DNA from: Vicugna vicugna
Taxonomy: Eukaryota
Reading direction: 5' to 3'
DNA: 64,000 nt
NCBI GenBank assembly: GCA_013265495.1
Contig: MU058781.1
Location: 5,998,118 to 6,062,117 of the forward strand
Part shown: positions 46,351-59,800 of the stretch, one piece after another
Layout of the letters: every line of letters starts with the position of its first letter
Position numbering within the stretch: the first letter of the stretch is position 1
Made by a program: the position numbers and the translations under genes
Notes under the pieces: generated by a model
What the model was told of the DNA's origin: nothing
Databases searched by the model: none
What the model saw: only the letters and a program-made list of their open reading frames with translations

Positions 46351-49019
46351 AAGGAACTTCCAGTTCAACCAAATTAATTAGGAATAATGAAAATCGAAAA
46401 CTTAGACTTAGTGACGTTGGAATATCTCCATTTTGCTACGAAGAGTCTTGTGGAAAAAGTGAACTAAAACTGTTAAGAAGGTGACAACATCAGCTTTGTA
46501 TGAAGGATGAAAGGTTGTGAACCATGGGGTAGAATAGTTCCCCAATACCACTGAATGGAGGATGGCATCTGGACAGTTTGGCCAGTGGCACAGCTGACCT
46601 ACTTAATAATACCACAAGCCCGTGCGGGATTTTTATCCTAGTTAGACGATCGAAGTGGCTTCTCCAGGACATGGTACCAGCCTTCATTAACTTTTATTAG
46701 CACATGCCCCTAGCTGAGAAATCACATATCATCTCTGGATCTCACGTGTGATGGCTGCTTTAGAGGAAGATAACATTGTGCTTTTGTTAATTGCCTGCTT
46801 CTCTGGGCTGACATTTCTCAACCCACACAGAAAGCCCATAACTTTCTGTTCAAGAATATTTCAGTACAGCTAAATGAGCATATAGCTGTTGACACACTAA
46901 ACAAAAGGGCTGACTCACATGTTACTCTGGAACCAACCCTGTATTCTTAGACGGTGTCACCTTACAGAGCTCCGGTGTCCTTAAAAAGAATCTGCCTCTC
47001 CCCGGACTCATGAATTTCTACATCCTGCCCCTCCGAAGTCGAGAGGCCTGCTTAAGTGGTAACAGCCGAAAACGAGATGCTGTCATGTGGGATTACTAAG
47101 CAGGAGAGGCTAAAGAAAGCCAAGAACTTCCTCGAGAATAATTGGATTTAACGTCTTATTCACAGAACAGACTTGAATTGGAGGGGAGGACGGAACTGAT
47201 TTTGCTGTGGCTCGCCGGCTGTGCCTGCAGAGACCGAGCTCTGCCCCCCTCACTCCTGCAGCAGTTGTGATCATGGTATGACAGTCCCCTCTCTCCCCTC
47301 TTTAGCTCTGGTTGTAACACAGGCCGCAAATAAATTGCTAACATTTAAGTGCATCTGTTGCAAAGACAGAAGCTCAGAGGACACTGGGGAAATTTCAAAC
47401 CAAATTTCAGGACTGAGCTCATAAAAGCATGCACCATCTGTGGAATTTTGCTCATATGCATCACTATAATGGGGAGGGGCACAAGAGTGGGGAACAGAGA
47501 GCGATAAAGGATTGCACAGGACCTGGGTTTAACACTGAAGTCTCTCCTCCCAGATCAGTTCACAGGTAGCATTTGGGCAAGGCAGGATCCCAGATACCTT
47601 GCCTCACCCTGAGAGTTTGGGCTGGTGGGGACTTAATTGTCGTATAGGTTACCTCGAATTTGTCGTACCCCGATGTCTAAACACAGCTTCACACCCCATG
47701 CTTTACTGGCCTTGCCCAAGGATTCAAGACTCTCCATCTTTCTTCCTGCTGCTTTACTCGAGACTGGGGCTGAGTCTAGCACTTTCCCTCCCATCTTCCA
47801 AGTGGCAAAACAAAACCAGCCCAGACCATTTGCAGGGAAGCACTTTACGTTTCTATTATGCACGAAAAAGGAATTTCCTCCAGAATCCCTCTAGAGATGA
47901 TTGAACAAGCTTTCCATTGTTTGTGATTTTCATTTCCCTCCACAGTTTAGGGCACTTTGGGAAAAAAAGAAATTTCTATTCAGCACTTTTCCACTCATAA
48001 TTCAGGAAAAAAGGAGTCATGCCGGATAATAAGGATAATTAGCTTCGACGGAAAAGAATAAGCCTGGCATCGCAGAACCCCTCCGCGGAACACACGCTCC
48101 ATTCGTCATTTTGTGTACTGTCTGTCAAGGCTAATTACTACTTCTGTAATTACTAACCTGTTGAAAGAATGAAGGAAAAAGAAATGTGGTACTTAAATAA
48201 ATAGCACTTTGTTCCAATACCATCTCAATAAAATTCTATGCGAACAGACTCTGTCCTTACCACCATTAAAAATTGCCGTTGTTTGTCCTCCAAAGTATGA
48301 TCAGCTGCTAGAAGGATGATTTTTTTGGTGTGAATGGATGGAAGTGGGGGTTGTTTGTTTAATTTCGATTCTTGTAAAATAGAGATCACTAGGAGTGATG
48401 ATCTCACGCTTAATACGTTTCCACATTTATGTAGCACATTTCCTTTTCATTAATTTGTGAACCTCGGCGCGACGTGGGAACAAGCCCTGTGTAAATGGCC
48501 ACATGCTCCCCCATTAATGTATCTTAATCCAGACCAGCAGACACTTGTCTTCTCCCCTAGAGAAGAGAGACCACTGATGCTGCCCAATTGAAGTGGAGAA
48601 ATACGGAGACAAACACAGGTCTCCCTTTTTACTAGGGATGATGTATTGGGAAGTTTTAAACCACAGGATCTAATTTTCATTCATTTCATTCCTTACTTAC
48701 TTGCCTGTACCTCCTGATAGTGCTCATGTTGTTTCTCCTCTATGCGTGCTCTGAACCCGGCCTACTAGGGAGTAATTCTTACTCTTTTGGATCATGCATG
48801 AACAAAGAAGTTGTGGATTCTGGCTTTTTGACATAGTAAAGACTGCTGTCTCAACTCATCAGCCTCCCTCTAAAGAGAATTCTGGGACCTCAGAAATAGC
48901 AGGTTTGCACAGAAAGGAGTGTCCACTCCAGACACACCCAGGTAGATGCCTTTATTCTTCTACCTAAATGGTTTTCCTTCCCTCCATCTCTTATGAAAAG
49001 ACAAAAATGAGAAACATTG

Positions 49020-49317
49020 TTAAAGAGATTGCTGAATCATTGTCATTAATCTATGAGGAGTTATAGAGAACAAGGCAGGCTCAAAAACTGAGACAACATT
49101 CTGATTTCCAGAAAGAGAATGAAAGTGAATTCTGGGTAAGATGTTAGAATGGATTATTTACAAGAAGCAGTGATTGCCAGGAACTAGCACTGATTCATTA
49201 AGAACAAATCCTGTCAAACAAAATTCATTTCTTTCACTGACAATATGTCAGGCTTGCAGATAAGGAAGTCAGCTAGACCTTGGACCTTCATTCTTAGTCT
49301 ATATTTGGAACTTCATT
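49020..49317 (+). mobile_element. L3/CR1 LINE ORF2 (RT region) fragment
   Basis: Decayed CR1 motifs: 'gagattgctgaatcattgtcattaatctatgag' (IAEPLSIIFE-like) and 'aagaacaaatcctgtcaaacaaaattcatttctttc' (KNKSCQTNLISFF-like). Confidence 0.7.
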
Positions 49318-49336
49318 AAGAAAGTCACGAAATCAG

Positions 49337-50094
49337 AAAAAGGAACCTTCCTATTCTGTTGATGGGAATGTAAGTTACTGCAGCCACTATGGAGAATAGT
49401 ATGGAGGTTTCTAAAAAAACTAAAAATAGAGTTAATATGTGATCCAACAATCCCATTCCTGGGCATTTATTTGGAGAAAACTCTAATTTGAAAAGATACA
49501 TGCACCCAGCGTTCAGAGCAGCACTATTTACCATAGCCAAGACATGGAAGCAAACTGAATGTCCACTGACAGATAAATGGATAAAGAAAATGTGGTAGAT
49601 GCATACAATGGAATATTACTCAGCCATAAAAAGGATAAATAATGCTATTTGCAGCAACATGGATAGAGCTAGAGATGGCTGTATTAAGTAAAGTAAGTAA
49701 GATAGAAAAAGCCAAATACCCTATGATATCACTTATATGTGGAATCTAAAAAAATGGTACAAATGAACTTATTTACAAACTGGAAAATAAACTCACAGAC
49801 CTAAAAAACAAACTATAGTTACCAAAGGGGAATGAGGTCAGGGGGAGGACAAATAAGGAGTTTGGAATTAACATATCCACACTACTACACATAAAATAGA
49901 TAAAAAACAAGGACTACTGTATAGCACAGGGAACTATATTCAATATCTTGTAATAACCTATAACGGAAAAGAATCTGGAAAAGAATATGTTTATATATAC
50001 ACATGCATGTTTTACTGAATCATTTTGCTGTACACTTGAAACTAACACAACACTGTAAATCAACTACCCTATGATAAAAATAAATTAATTAAAA
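49337..50094 (+). mobile_element. 5'-truncated artiodactyl-type L1 inserted into L3
   Basis: ORF2 end plus complete 3' UTR; TSD aagaaagtcacgaaatcag 49318-49336 vs aagaaagtcataaaatcag 50095-50113 (17/19). Confidence 0.93.
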
Positions 50095-51109
50095 AAGAAA
50101 GTCATAAAATCAGTCAAAGTAATCTTGTCAAGGGGTTGGCAAATTATTAGCTGAATATTAGTGCTAGTCATTATTGTTAGTTAAAACTTCAAACTAGCTA
50201 GAAGAACTGGAGGTGTTTAGAGAGAAGAAAAGAGGACAATGAAGAACTGGGCAAGAGATCTATATGGAATAATAATAAAAAAAACAGAAAGAAATATATA
50301 TAATATGTATCATTGTATTTTCTGGCCAAAAATTCTTTTTCTTTCTGTTTCTTTCTATATAAAATGATTACAGGGAAGGCTATTTTAACTTCTATATGGC
50401 CTCGATGAGTAGCACTTGGGCCACACTGAGAAGAGTGACAGGGACACAGATTCCAGTTCAACCATCAGAGCTACCCAAAGATGGGATGGGTTGCCTCAGA
50501 GTGTCCAGTGAATATACTACTACTGGACAAGCTGTAAAGGGAATTTAAAGACCAGATGGATAATTCACTAAAACGACCCTTGCAGTGGCTACTTTACATC
50601 AGAAAAGAAGTCTACAGAGTATAGCCCCGCCAACACACCCTCTTGACTTAGATGCCTTCCAGGCAAGCCGAAGCCTGAGGCTTTGGCTCAGGCACAGTTT
50701 TAGGAGAAGGGGTCGAGCTCATGTTGAAATAGTCTAGTTTAGGGCCGCTAGAAATGGATCGAGAAAAGGCTGAACACTATTCATTACTGAACATACTTCA
50801 TTTTGGGTGAAGGCCATCTTGGGAAGTTCCAAAGTACTTTGGAAAAGATTGTGTTGAAAGGAGAGGAAGAGGAGCAGCAAGAACTTATCGGAAGCAAAGT
50901 CTGTAACTGGGGTTGGGTGACACACAGCTCATAGAACGGAGGGAGGGACAAAAGTCTACAACAACCTCTGTGGACAGAGGGAGGGAGCCTTTGAGGAAGT
51001 CGCCCCTGGACTTGACTCGCCGGTGGAAGACAGAGAGCTCTTAAGAACACCCAGCTAGTTCCAAGATTATCATGTGTGAACTTCATGCTACTCTTTCCAG
51101 TGGACAGTG

Positions 51110-51230
51110 AACACACTCATATCCCCACTTTTCAGAAGAGGACGTGGGACTCAGAGATGATGAAAAACTTCCATTCAGCAAGCCTAAGGCAGAGGCAGGC
51201 ATCCAACAGAGGTCTTTCAACTCCAGGGGA
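51110..51230 (-). mobile_element. MIR fragment
   Basis: 'cacttttcagaagaggacgtgggactcagaga'. Confidence 0.5.
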
Positions 51231-54200
51231 CTGTTTCATGCTGAGATAGATAGGAGAACACAAATAGCAGATCTATCGTTAATGGAAATAAGTGTTTCTT
51301 CCCGTCCTGGCTTCCTCTTGTCCCGATTTCTATAATTTCTGCAGCTGTAGGTAACTGTAAAACCTTATGGGTCTCCCCACTTGTAGGTCTACCTTCCTGA
51401 TAGGTTTTCAAGATAGAGCTCACCATGCTACCGATTCTTTTTTTGGACTCTATCTTAAAATCATACTAGATGGACATTCATTTGCCCTTGTTTGTAATTA
51501 TAGATGAAAGGAAATTGTCTCAGCCTCTGAGGAGTTGGACATTTGCAACTACTCATTTGCAATTAGACTTACAGCTATGAGTCTAAAAGTGAGACGATGA
51601 GTTCTTTATTAGCCTACAGTCAGATTCCCAAAGTGCAGGCTGGGCTTAAGTGTTTAGGAGTATCTTGGGCACCACTATAATCATTTTGGAAAGAAACCCT
51701 CTCCCATCTTTACATGTACATCTTCAAAAAGCAAACAATTTGCTGAATCATTTACTGGGGTTATTCAAATATTACCATCCAGAAACCACTGCTTATCCTT
51801 CTGAAAATGAACTTTTACACTGGTAAAGACACAGCTATGTATAATAAATTAACAAAACGCCATGAATATGTAAAGAAAGCAAGCTAATCACCCCCAAGCA
51901 TACATTATTGCAAAAGAGAAACACAATTACTGTTTGTGATAATGAGAGGCGTGCCTTTGACTGTACATCTTTTCCAAGTAGGGCGCCATGGTCTTTGGAA
52001 CATGAGTCTCAGTTTCCCAAAGACTGTTGAGGCTTGGGTTGAGTTAGGGAAGGAGGATGGAATTGTTTGGCAGTGTTTTTCTCATTTTAGTTGAGCATTA
52101 TTATGAGCTGACAGAGGTGTAAAAAGGTTTATAAGGAAGGGTTCTAGATCTTAATTCCTGGAATCTTTGTTGTGATTGTTTTTTGGGGGCACTAGGACTT
52201 GTTTGAAGACTCTTGTCTAGTTTGTCTAGTGTAGGTAATTAAGTAAAGAAGAAGGTAATTCTGAAAACCTTGTGGGACAAAGGAAATAGTAGTGTTTAGT
52301 TTAAGCCAGACTTTCAGAAAGGCAAGTTCCTTGTTTATCCTCTTCACCTGCCTCCAAGTGTCTTCTTTTCTTTCTATCAATTCCACTCAATGGCCATGTT
52401 CATCACAATTTCCAGTTCACTCAAATGGATAACTCACTGCCCCATAAAACATTGTCAATTGATGGAATCTATGAGACTATCTCCTTGTTAATTTATGTTC
52501 CTATATATTGTAGGAGAGAACAAAACTTTGTTAGACGCAGTCCTCATCTAGTTAGGCAGATTATCCCTGTGTAAAAATAGAGCCAATGAGATAATCAGGG
52601 AATTCAATGCCAGACAATGGTAAATTTCTGGCACTTGGTACAAGACAACTGGAGCTATATAAATTCAGAAAATTGCTCTTTGGGCGCAAGCAATCAGGGA
52701 AAACTTCTTGAAGATGAGATTTGAGTTGAGCAATCCATGGTGGCTGGAGAAGTCAAGTCCATGAAACTGTATCTGAGTGGCTTGATACAAGTGTTACTCA
52801 AATGTGGCCATTTAATCGCAAAATGACTCAGCCCAGCTGCTACATGCTTAGTTTCTTTGTGTGCCCTCAACATTCTTTGTTATTCCTCTATGCCCAGCAC
52901 ACCTAAATGGACCTGTTAATGTGGTTTTGTGCTGTGACTGTAGTTGGATTCAGGATGGGAAATCAGGTCTAGGTGAACCAAGGCAAGGTAGAAACAATAG
53001 TGGAAAAGTTAACATAGAGGCCATCACTCTGGGAAAAAAAACCCCCAAAAACAGAGCTGTCAGGAGCACAAAAAAGTCAGAAATCAAAAGAAAGACAAGA
53101 TGATAAACCTCAGCAAATAAGCAGGAACTAGGTGAATCAGGGCATCAAGCAATCACGTAAATATAAGGTACTGGGCAAATGGCCATTTCAAAACTAAGTC
53201 TGCCCTCTACAGACTGTCTTATGGACTTCAGTGCTGGGATAAAACTAGGGTGAGAGCCGGAGAGGTTAGACCCTGGAGTAGGGAGTGATCACTTAGGGGA
53301 GAAGGTAATTGGATTATGCTGGTGAAGTATATGGGGCAAAACACAAAGGCTAATCTTCATACTCAATGTGATTTTTGGGGTCTTAACTAGCTCATAGTCT
53401 CCTTAGCTCAATTCCAGAGAGTAGAACAAGAAAATACGTGATATATTGTATTTAAAAATTGGTTGTGGGCAAAAATGGTCTTTTTGGTCCAGAAATGTGC
53501 TGAGGTCCCAGAGTGCCAAGACTTGATGTCATCAACACCCCAGGAATATCAAATGCCGGCTAGAACTTCCGGGTCCATTTTTCACACACATCTAACTATA
53601 GCATTCATCTTCTCCGTGTAGACAAACCTTCTGATTTTCAATGAACGTGCTCATGTAAGACCTTTAAAAACCAAGACCTGCATGTTCTTCATGAAAATGT
53701 AAGAGTCCCTGACATTTCGGGTAGCAGAAGGAGTTGCTCTGATATTCTTTGCTAAATTTACAAGATTTGGCTAAAACCCCAAGCGTCTGTCCTATCACAG
53801 TGGAGTATTAGTCACTCTTTAAAGGATTTAGCGCACTGTACTCTGGGGTGCGTGTGAAATGCCGTGAACTATATGACTGGTGGGCAGATCCAACTCCCAG
53901 ACTCAAGCTCAAGCCATTTTGTAAAACTTATTTATTTATTTATTTTACAATTGGTTATATAGAGTCATTGACGTAGTTTAACTGAGCTGAGATCTAAGCA
54001 TTCAAATCCCTTGTGCGAGAAAGAGTGGACTGACAGGAGGGAATCACAGAGTGTCTGTTACACTTAGAACAATCTTTTAAAGATTGTCTCACGTAACCTT
54101 CTCAACCTGTTTTCCCGCCAGTTCTGAATCATGGCAAGTTATTACCAGGAGGAAGGTTCTGAGAGCAAGTAATTTGTGGGACATCGAGTGAAGCAAAGCC

Positions 54201-54737
54201 AAACCAGTTTCTCTGCTGTCTGACTTCTCAGGACCTTTCATATACTAATATGCATGAGAGATCAAGAGAGGCACAAGGTTCTATCACTGAGAATTGTTTT
54301 TTTTTTTCATTTTATGGACCGTAGTATTCTAAGAAATGCTCATCTATTTTCTTTTCAGAAAAGAAAGCAAGATCCAGAGTGGCAGAGGGCTTTACCTAAA
54401 GTTACAAAACTATGCAGAAATCACTATGGAGTGATGTCCTTGAATGATGGCCCACGATGGTCATCTAACACTGCGTGAAAAATTGGAGAAAGAAAGGATG
54501 GTGGCCATTTCTGAAACACTTACAGACAACAGATGTGAGGTTGTGAGATGTACTTGGCAAAGAGGCACAGTAACAGAGGAAGCAACCCTGTGCTGACCAG
54601 ACTGGATGAGTGTGCACTGGGTCATGCAGAGTATTCAGGCAAGGTCAGAGGTCTCAGCCATCAGAGAAACTCACCAGCAGCCATCTTCATGTTGACTATA
54701 ATCTGCATGGCTATTCTGGCCTCAAGAATAGGACAAG

Positions 54738-54844
54738 ATAAAAAAATATGAAAAAGAATATATGTATGTATGTGCATGACTGGGACATTGTGCTGTACAC
54801 CAGAAATTGACACATTGTAACTGACTGTACTTCAATTAAAAAAA
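54738..54844 (+). mobile_element. Very short, young L1 3' end
   Basis: 'gggacattgtgctgtacaccagaaattgacacattgtaactgactgtacttcaattaaaa'; perfect 14-bp TSD aagaataggacaag at 54724-54737 and 54845-54858. Confidence 0.92.
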
Positions 54845-55706
54845 AAGAATAGGACAAGGTAGATTTCCAGTGGGGAGTGTGTGGACCTCCAATTAAAAGG
54901 GGGCATTACTCTCTAAAAATGAGCATGTGTGGTGCCTTTTAAATCTGGGAAATAGTAACACAGTAATACATTTTTTTGTTTGCTTTAAAATTTTCACTGG
55001 AATGTCTTTTCAAGCATGTCTGGAAAAACACTATTAGAGAAGGACTTCACTTTCCATTAACAATTTTAAGAGGACAAGTTTATAGTAGGATTTGTGACCC
55101 ACAGATCCCAAAGTGTTACATAAATAATACAGGAAACTGCAAAATGATCTTATGTGAAGTCACTGTACAAGATGCATGTTTCTTTAGCACCTACTAATAA
55201 AACAGATGCATGTGAAATTATTTAGGGTGACACGTACTACTCTGAACAATACGATGTCAGCTCAGGAGGCTAAGGGCATGGAACATAACCTGTTTTTAAT
55301 TGAGCATTTCAGCACCAAACAAAATAAGACACAGCTTGTGTTTTATATATTTCTGTAGTACATCATTATCCAACAATAAATGCAAAAATAAATCACAAAA
55401 AACCCCACAAATTTTAAGCAGAACAAAATTTAAAGGCACAGATTCTTTTTTCTTAAATTCAGCTGTTCAATGATTTTATGGGAAAACTAAGAGGAGGATC
55501 AATATCACACTGGTTATTTTAAAAGCAAAACTTCAGTATTTTCCTTCTAACTTGACTGCATTTTCAATATATCAGAACTACCTTTGAAGAATAGCCCAGA
55601 GCAGTCTTAAAGATCTGACTCTTAAATTCAGAATTTATTTTGACATTGTAAAAACTCAAAAAAGGAAGTTTTCTTTTAGTTGAAATACTAGGTTTTATTT
55701 CCCTAT

Positions 55707-55769
55707 ACACACACACACACACACATACACACACACATATATATGCTCATACACACACACACACACACA
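55707..55769. repeat. Interrupted (CA)n microsatellite
   Basis: Directly visible. Confidence 0.9.
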
Positions 55770-57109
55770 GAGCCACAGAGCCAAAGAAATGACTGGCAAA
55801 TAAGACGGTGGAAAATAACAGCAAGAGAATATATATCAGGACTGCCCTTTGGAGGCTTTAATACCCAGTGCTATCCCGGGAACTTCCGTGTGAGGGGTTG
55901 CTTCATCACTCTTTGGCAACAACTCTGACATTTACGACTAGAAGGAATGTAAAAGGCAGACTTGAAGGGAAAAAGAAAACCCCACAGAGTATTACTTCTT
56001 GAGATATAAATACGGAAAGGTCAGAGGGCAGCTCCCCCCTTTTGCCCTGAGACCCTCCATGGTGGTAACTATGGTTTACTGTGGGTCTCTGACCCTCATA
56101 TCTTTTTGATTTCAGGACCAATTTTGTCTCCTCTTTCTCACCCAGCACCTGCCTCTTCCTCTTGGCCCATCTCCCTGCCCTGTCTATGTACCCCTGCCCT
56201 TGTAAGTCACTGCTGAGCTGCCTAGGGTCTCAGTCTTGCAGCATTTGAGTGGGACCCTGAAATGAATTTACCGCTGGGTTAAAATATGTGAAAGAACCTG
56301 ACTCTTACTCTGACTTGCAAGAACTCTAGATTCAGAAATCAATGAGGAATTTCTTCCCCCTCTAGTCTTCGCGCAACATTTAGGAAATATTTTGGGTGCC
56401 TATTATATTTGAGGCACTGACTCAGGTGCTAACAGATGAAATAGGCCTGTTATTAAGGTTATGATCTAGCAAACATCACACTAAGAAGTTTTTAGAGGAT
56501 GAAGAGGAAGAAGGTAGAATACGAACTTACAGATGTGTGATTCCCTCCCTAGCAAAGCAGCTGATACCTTTAAATTAATCAGGTATGTGGAATCCTCGCC
56601 TAATTGGAGAGGTCTATGTCTTTGCTGCGCTCCAGCTGGTTTCACGCCTTCTCATTTATGTTTTTGATTAAATATTTCCAAGGTAGTTGTCAGTACCATA
56701 CCCTACAACACTTGTTATACAGTCAAATCCTATGCAATAAATATGATTTATTTATGCCTGTCTTAGCAGAAAGAATTTAAAATGCCATATATAGATAAAC
56801 TAAAGTTTTGTCTAACGCAACATGAATGTATTTTAAATGCAAAATCCTCACTATTTAAAGGAATATAGTGGTGAATTGTTTTGTAAAATGAAAAATACTT
56901 TTGAAATGTGAAAATTAGCCTCATAAATTCTATGGCTTAAAAGTGTGGATTTGTGTATGATTGGTTCTCCCAAAGTAAGACATACCTATGCATATTTCTT
57001 AGGTGGAAAATTCTAGCATTGACTTAAGTCTTTGCATCTTAAATTTCATAGAAACCTTATATACTGCCCTCATTTTCCTTTGGCTTCACTTTCCTCACTT
57101 ATTTCTTCT

Positions 57110-57200
57110 GTTTTGTTTTTCTTCTTCTTATACTAGAAGTCTCTATGTAAGCTGCCTTAAATCCATTCTGTAACCAGATGAGGTATTAATAAATAAAATA
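57110..57200 (+). mobile_element. Ancient LINE 3' tail (L4/RTE-X-like or L2-like)
   Basis: 'tgtaagctgccttaaatccattctg..gaggtattaataaataaa'; family uncertain. Confidence 0.45.
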
Positions 57201-57322
57201 CAACTATAAATCTTCTTTCTTTCTGTGACTCAACATGTCCTTATGTTGATATGCCAGCCCCAGTTCAGAGGCAGGAAAGTCCCATTCAATTCAATGGTAT
57301 CATTAAAAATACTCACTAACTG

Positions 57323-57812
57323 ATGGATAAAGAAGATGTGGTATATATACAATGGAATATTACTCAGCCATAAAAAAGAATGAAATCTTGCCATTTGCAA
57401 CAATATCAATGGAACTGGAGGGCATCATACTTAGTGAAGTAAGTCAGACAAAGAAAGACAAATACTGTATGTTTTCACTTATATGTAGAACCTAAAAAAT
57501 AAAAACGAATGAATATAACAAAACAGAAATGGACTCATAAATAACAGAGAACAAATAAGTGTTTACTAATTTGTGAACACTCGTGGGGAGTGGGGATGGG
57601 TAGGGGTAAGGTAGAGGATTAGAGGTACAAACTACTAGGTATGAAATAAATAAGATACAAGGATGCAATATACAGCACAGGGAATGTAGCCAGTATTTTA
57701 TAATATCTTTAAATTGAGTATAATCTATAAAAAATATTGAACCACTATGTTGTACACCTAAAACTAATGTAACACTGTAAATTAACTATACTTCAATAAA
57801 ATCAAACAAACA
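57323..57812 (+). mobile_element. 5'-truncated L1 (L1MA9/artiodactyl type)
   Basis: 'atggataaagaagatgtggt..ggaatattactcagccataaaaaagaatgaaat..tatacttcaataaaa'; TSD core tcactaactg at 57313-57322 and 57821-57830. Confidence 0.92.
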
Positions 57813-59674
57813 AAAAACATTCACTAACTGGGCACTGGCAAAGCCCTGTTTGGTGTATAATTTATGAACATCCAGTCACTCACTATTTAAAGACCAATGG
57901 CTTTTGTGGCCCTATAAAAGCAGGGCACCCATTTTTGCTCTTGAAGACTTGATTAACTTGTTATGTCAGAAGGGTTTCTGATATAACTTTTGCATGTGAA
58001 TAAGAAAAAAGATCCAGGCTGCCAGCTCTTTAGCCTCCCTGAATATCAGAGGCCGAGAAAACAACATTTTCAAACCTTTTATGTACCAACAGAATAAAAT
58101 ATTTTGAAGACACACTAGTCACATATGGCTCTCCCAGAATATCACAATCCATGAATATGAGTGTTATTGTTTTTTGTTCTGCAAGAAAGCTTCACACGCT
58201 CTTTCACAGATATGCCAAGTATAGCTTGATTCATAATAGATTCATAATAGATGCTGAAAGATGAATACATGAACTGACTGCAAAGTAGTTACCCATGTTT
58301 TATTTGCTGTTGACAAAGCTAGCAGCATTTTCTTTGCCTTGGAGTGGGAACAGGGAAATTTAACTGTGGGTCTGAAAAGCAAATGAGAGGAGTGTAGAAA
58401 ACTGAATGCAGCTATGTGATGAGAGGACTTCAGTGTTCTTTACCTCAGTGAGTCCTTCAGGAAGTGGTTTTCTTTTTTTTTTAAATAACAATTTCTCCCC
58501 ACTGGAATGTGAATGGTAAAGGAGAAGTTACCTGCAAAACCCATGAATATGCTTTGAGAGAAGTTATAATATAATACATAGAACAATTTTAAAGCCTATT
58601 TTTGCTTTTGTAATTCAGAAAATCCGAGGAATCGGAAAACCTGAGTTCTGGTCGCCACCGGCTGTGTGACCTTGGACTTTAGACTGTTCATCTGGCTCAT
58701 TCATCAGAGGTAGGACGTTCAAGGCGCCCTTCTGGATAGAAGATACTTAAGATGGAGCCCCTGTTCTCTTGGAACTTACAGTCACTAGACTCTAAAAATG
58801 AGAGAATGTAGACACAAAAATTGAATACAGAGTGATAAGAGTAAGCACTGCAGGAGTTTAGAAGTTTGAACTAAGCCGTCTTGTAAGGTTACTTCTGAGC
58901 TCTCTGATGCTATAAAACCTTGTCTTGACTAGGATAATTTTACTTTTTCTGACTAGGGTATGTCTTAAGAAATTGACTAATAGGCTGGTCATATTAGGAG
59001 TGGGACGTGACCCTTACAAACTTGGTGACGGAGCTGGTAGGGATGAGTGGGAATGAGCACTGGATCTCCAAGTGGAGGCAGGGAGCAGGGTTGGAAGTTG
59101 AGGCTCACTGTCAAGGCAAGTAATTGGGAATGGGGAGTCCAAGAAGAGGTGGCAGAGCATTCCAATAATTGGCCACTCAGTGTGGAAAGTTCAGAGTAGG
59201 AGACATGAACAAGCAGGGCAGAGTAGACTAGTAGCTGACATGGAAGCAGGTGATGGAAAGGAATAGGTTTACGGCTTCTGAGAGGGGGTTCATGGCCGTG
59301 GTTATAGAGGGGAAAAAGAAGAAGCAAAGAGTCACAGCCCTGGCAAAAGTACGGTGCTGGCCAGTTCACCACAACAGGAAGTCAGGAGCGAGCATCGGAG
59401 AAGAGGCAAGTAGAATGAAGCAAAGGTGATGTGATGCTTGAGACTAGGCTATTAATCAGAAAATTTAAGTCTCTACTCAAGCAGTGATTGTTCTTGGGGA
59501 GTGGAGATAGGGCGGAGTCTGAAGTGTGAGGTCCTCGAGCGGGGCGGTGTGGCTGTGGGACCCAGAGGAATTCAGAGGCAAGAGGCCAGTCAAGGACTGC
59601 TTTCATCAACTATGCTTCCTCAGATATAATGAAGCCTCTCTTCATTGAGGGATGACCATTTGTCCTAAATGTGG

Positions 59675-59800
59675 TGTATTAGAGCTCTCCAGAGACACAG
59701 AACCAATTGGGTGTGTGCATTTGTGTGCACACACACAGAAAGAGAGAGAGAGACAAAGACAGAGAGAGAGAGAAAGAGAGAGAGAGAGAAACAGAGATCT
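59675..59800 (-). mobile_element. MLT2-type LTR end with (GA)-rich simple repeat
   Basis: 'tgtattagagctctccagagacacagaaccaattgg'. Confidence 0.65.

Noticed and set aside
58228..58252. 11-bp tandem duplication gattcataata
   Set aside because: Ordinary slippage duplication with no sign of function
58720..58736. CTCF-like motif ggcgcccttctgg (similar one near 43472)
   Set aside because: One or more bases short of the core spacing
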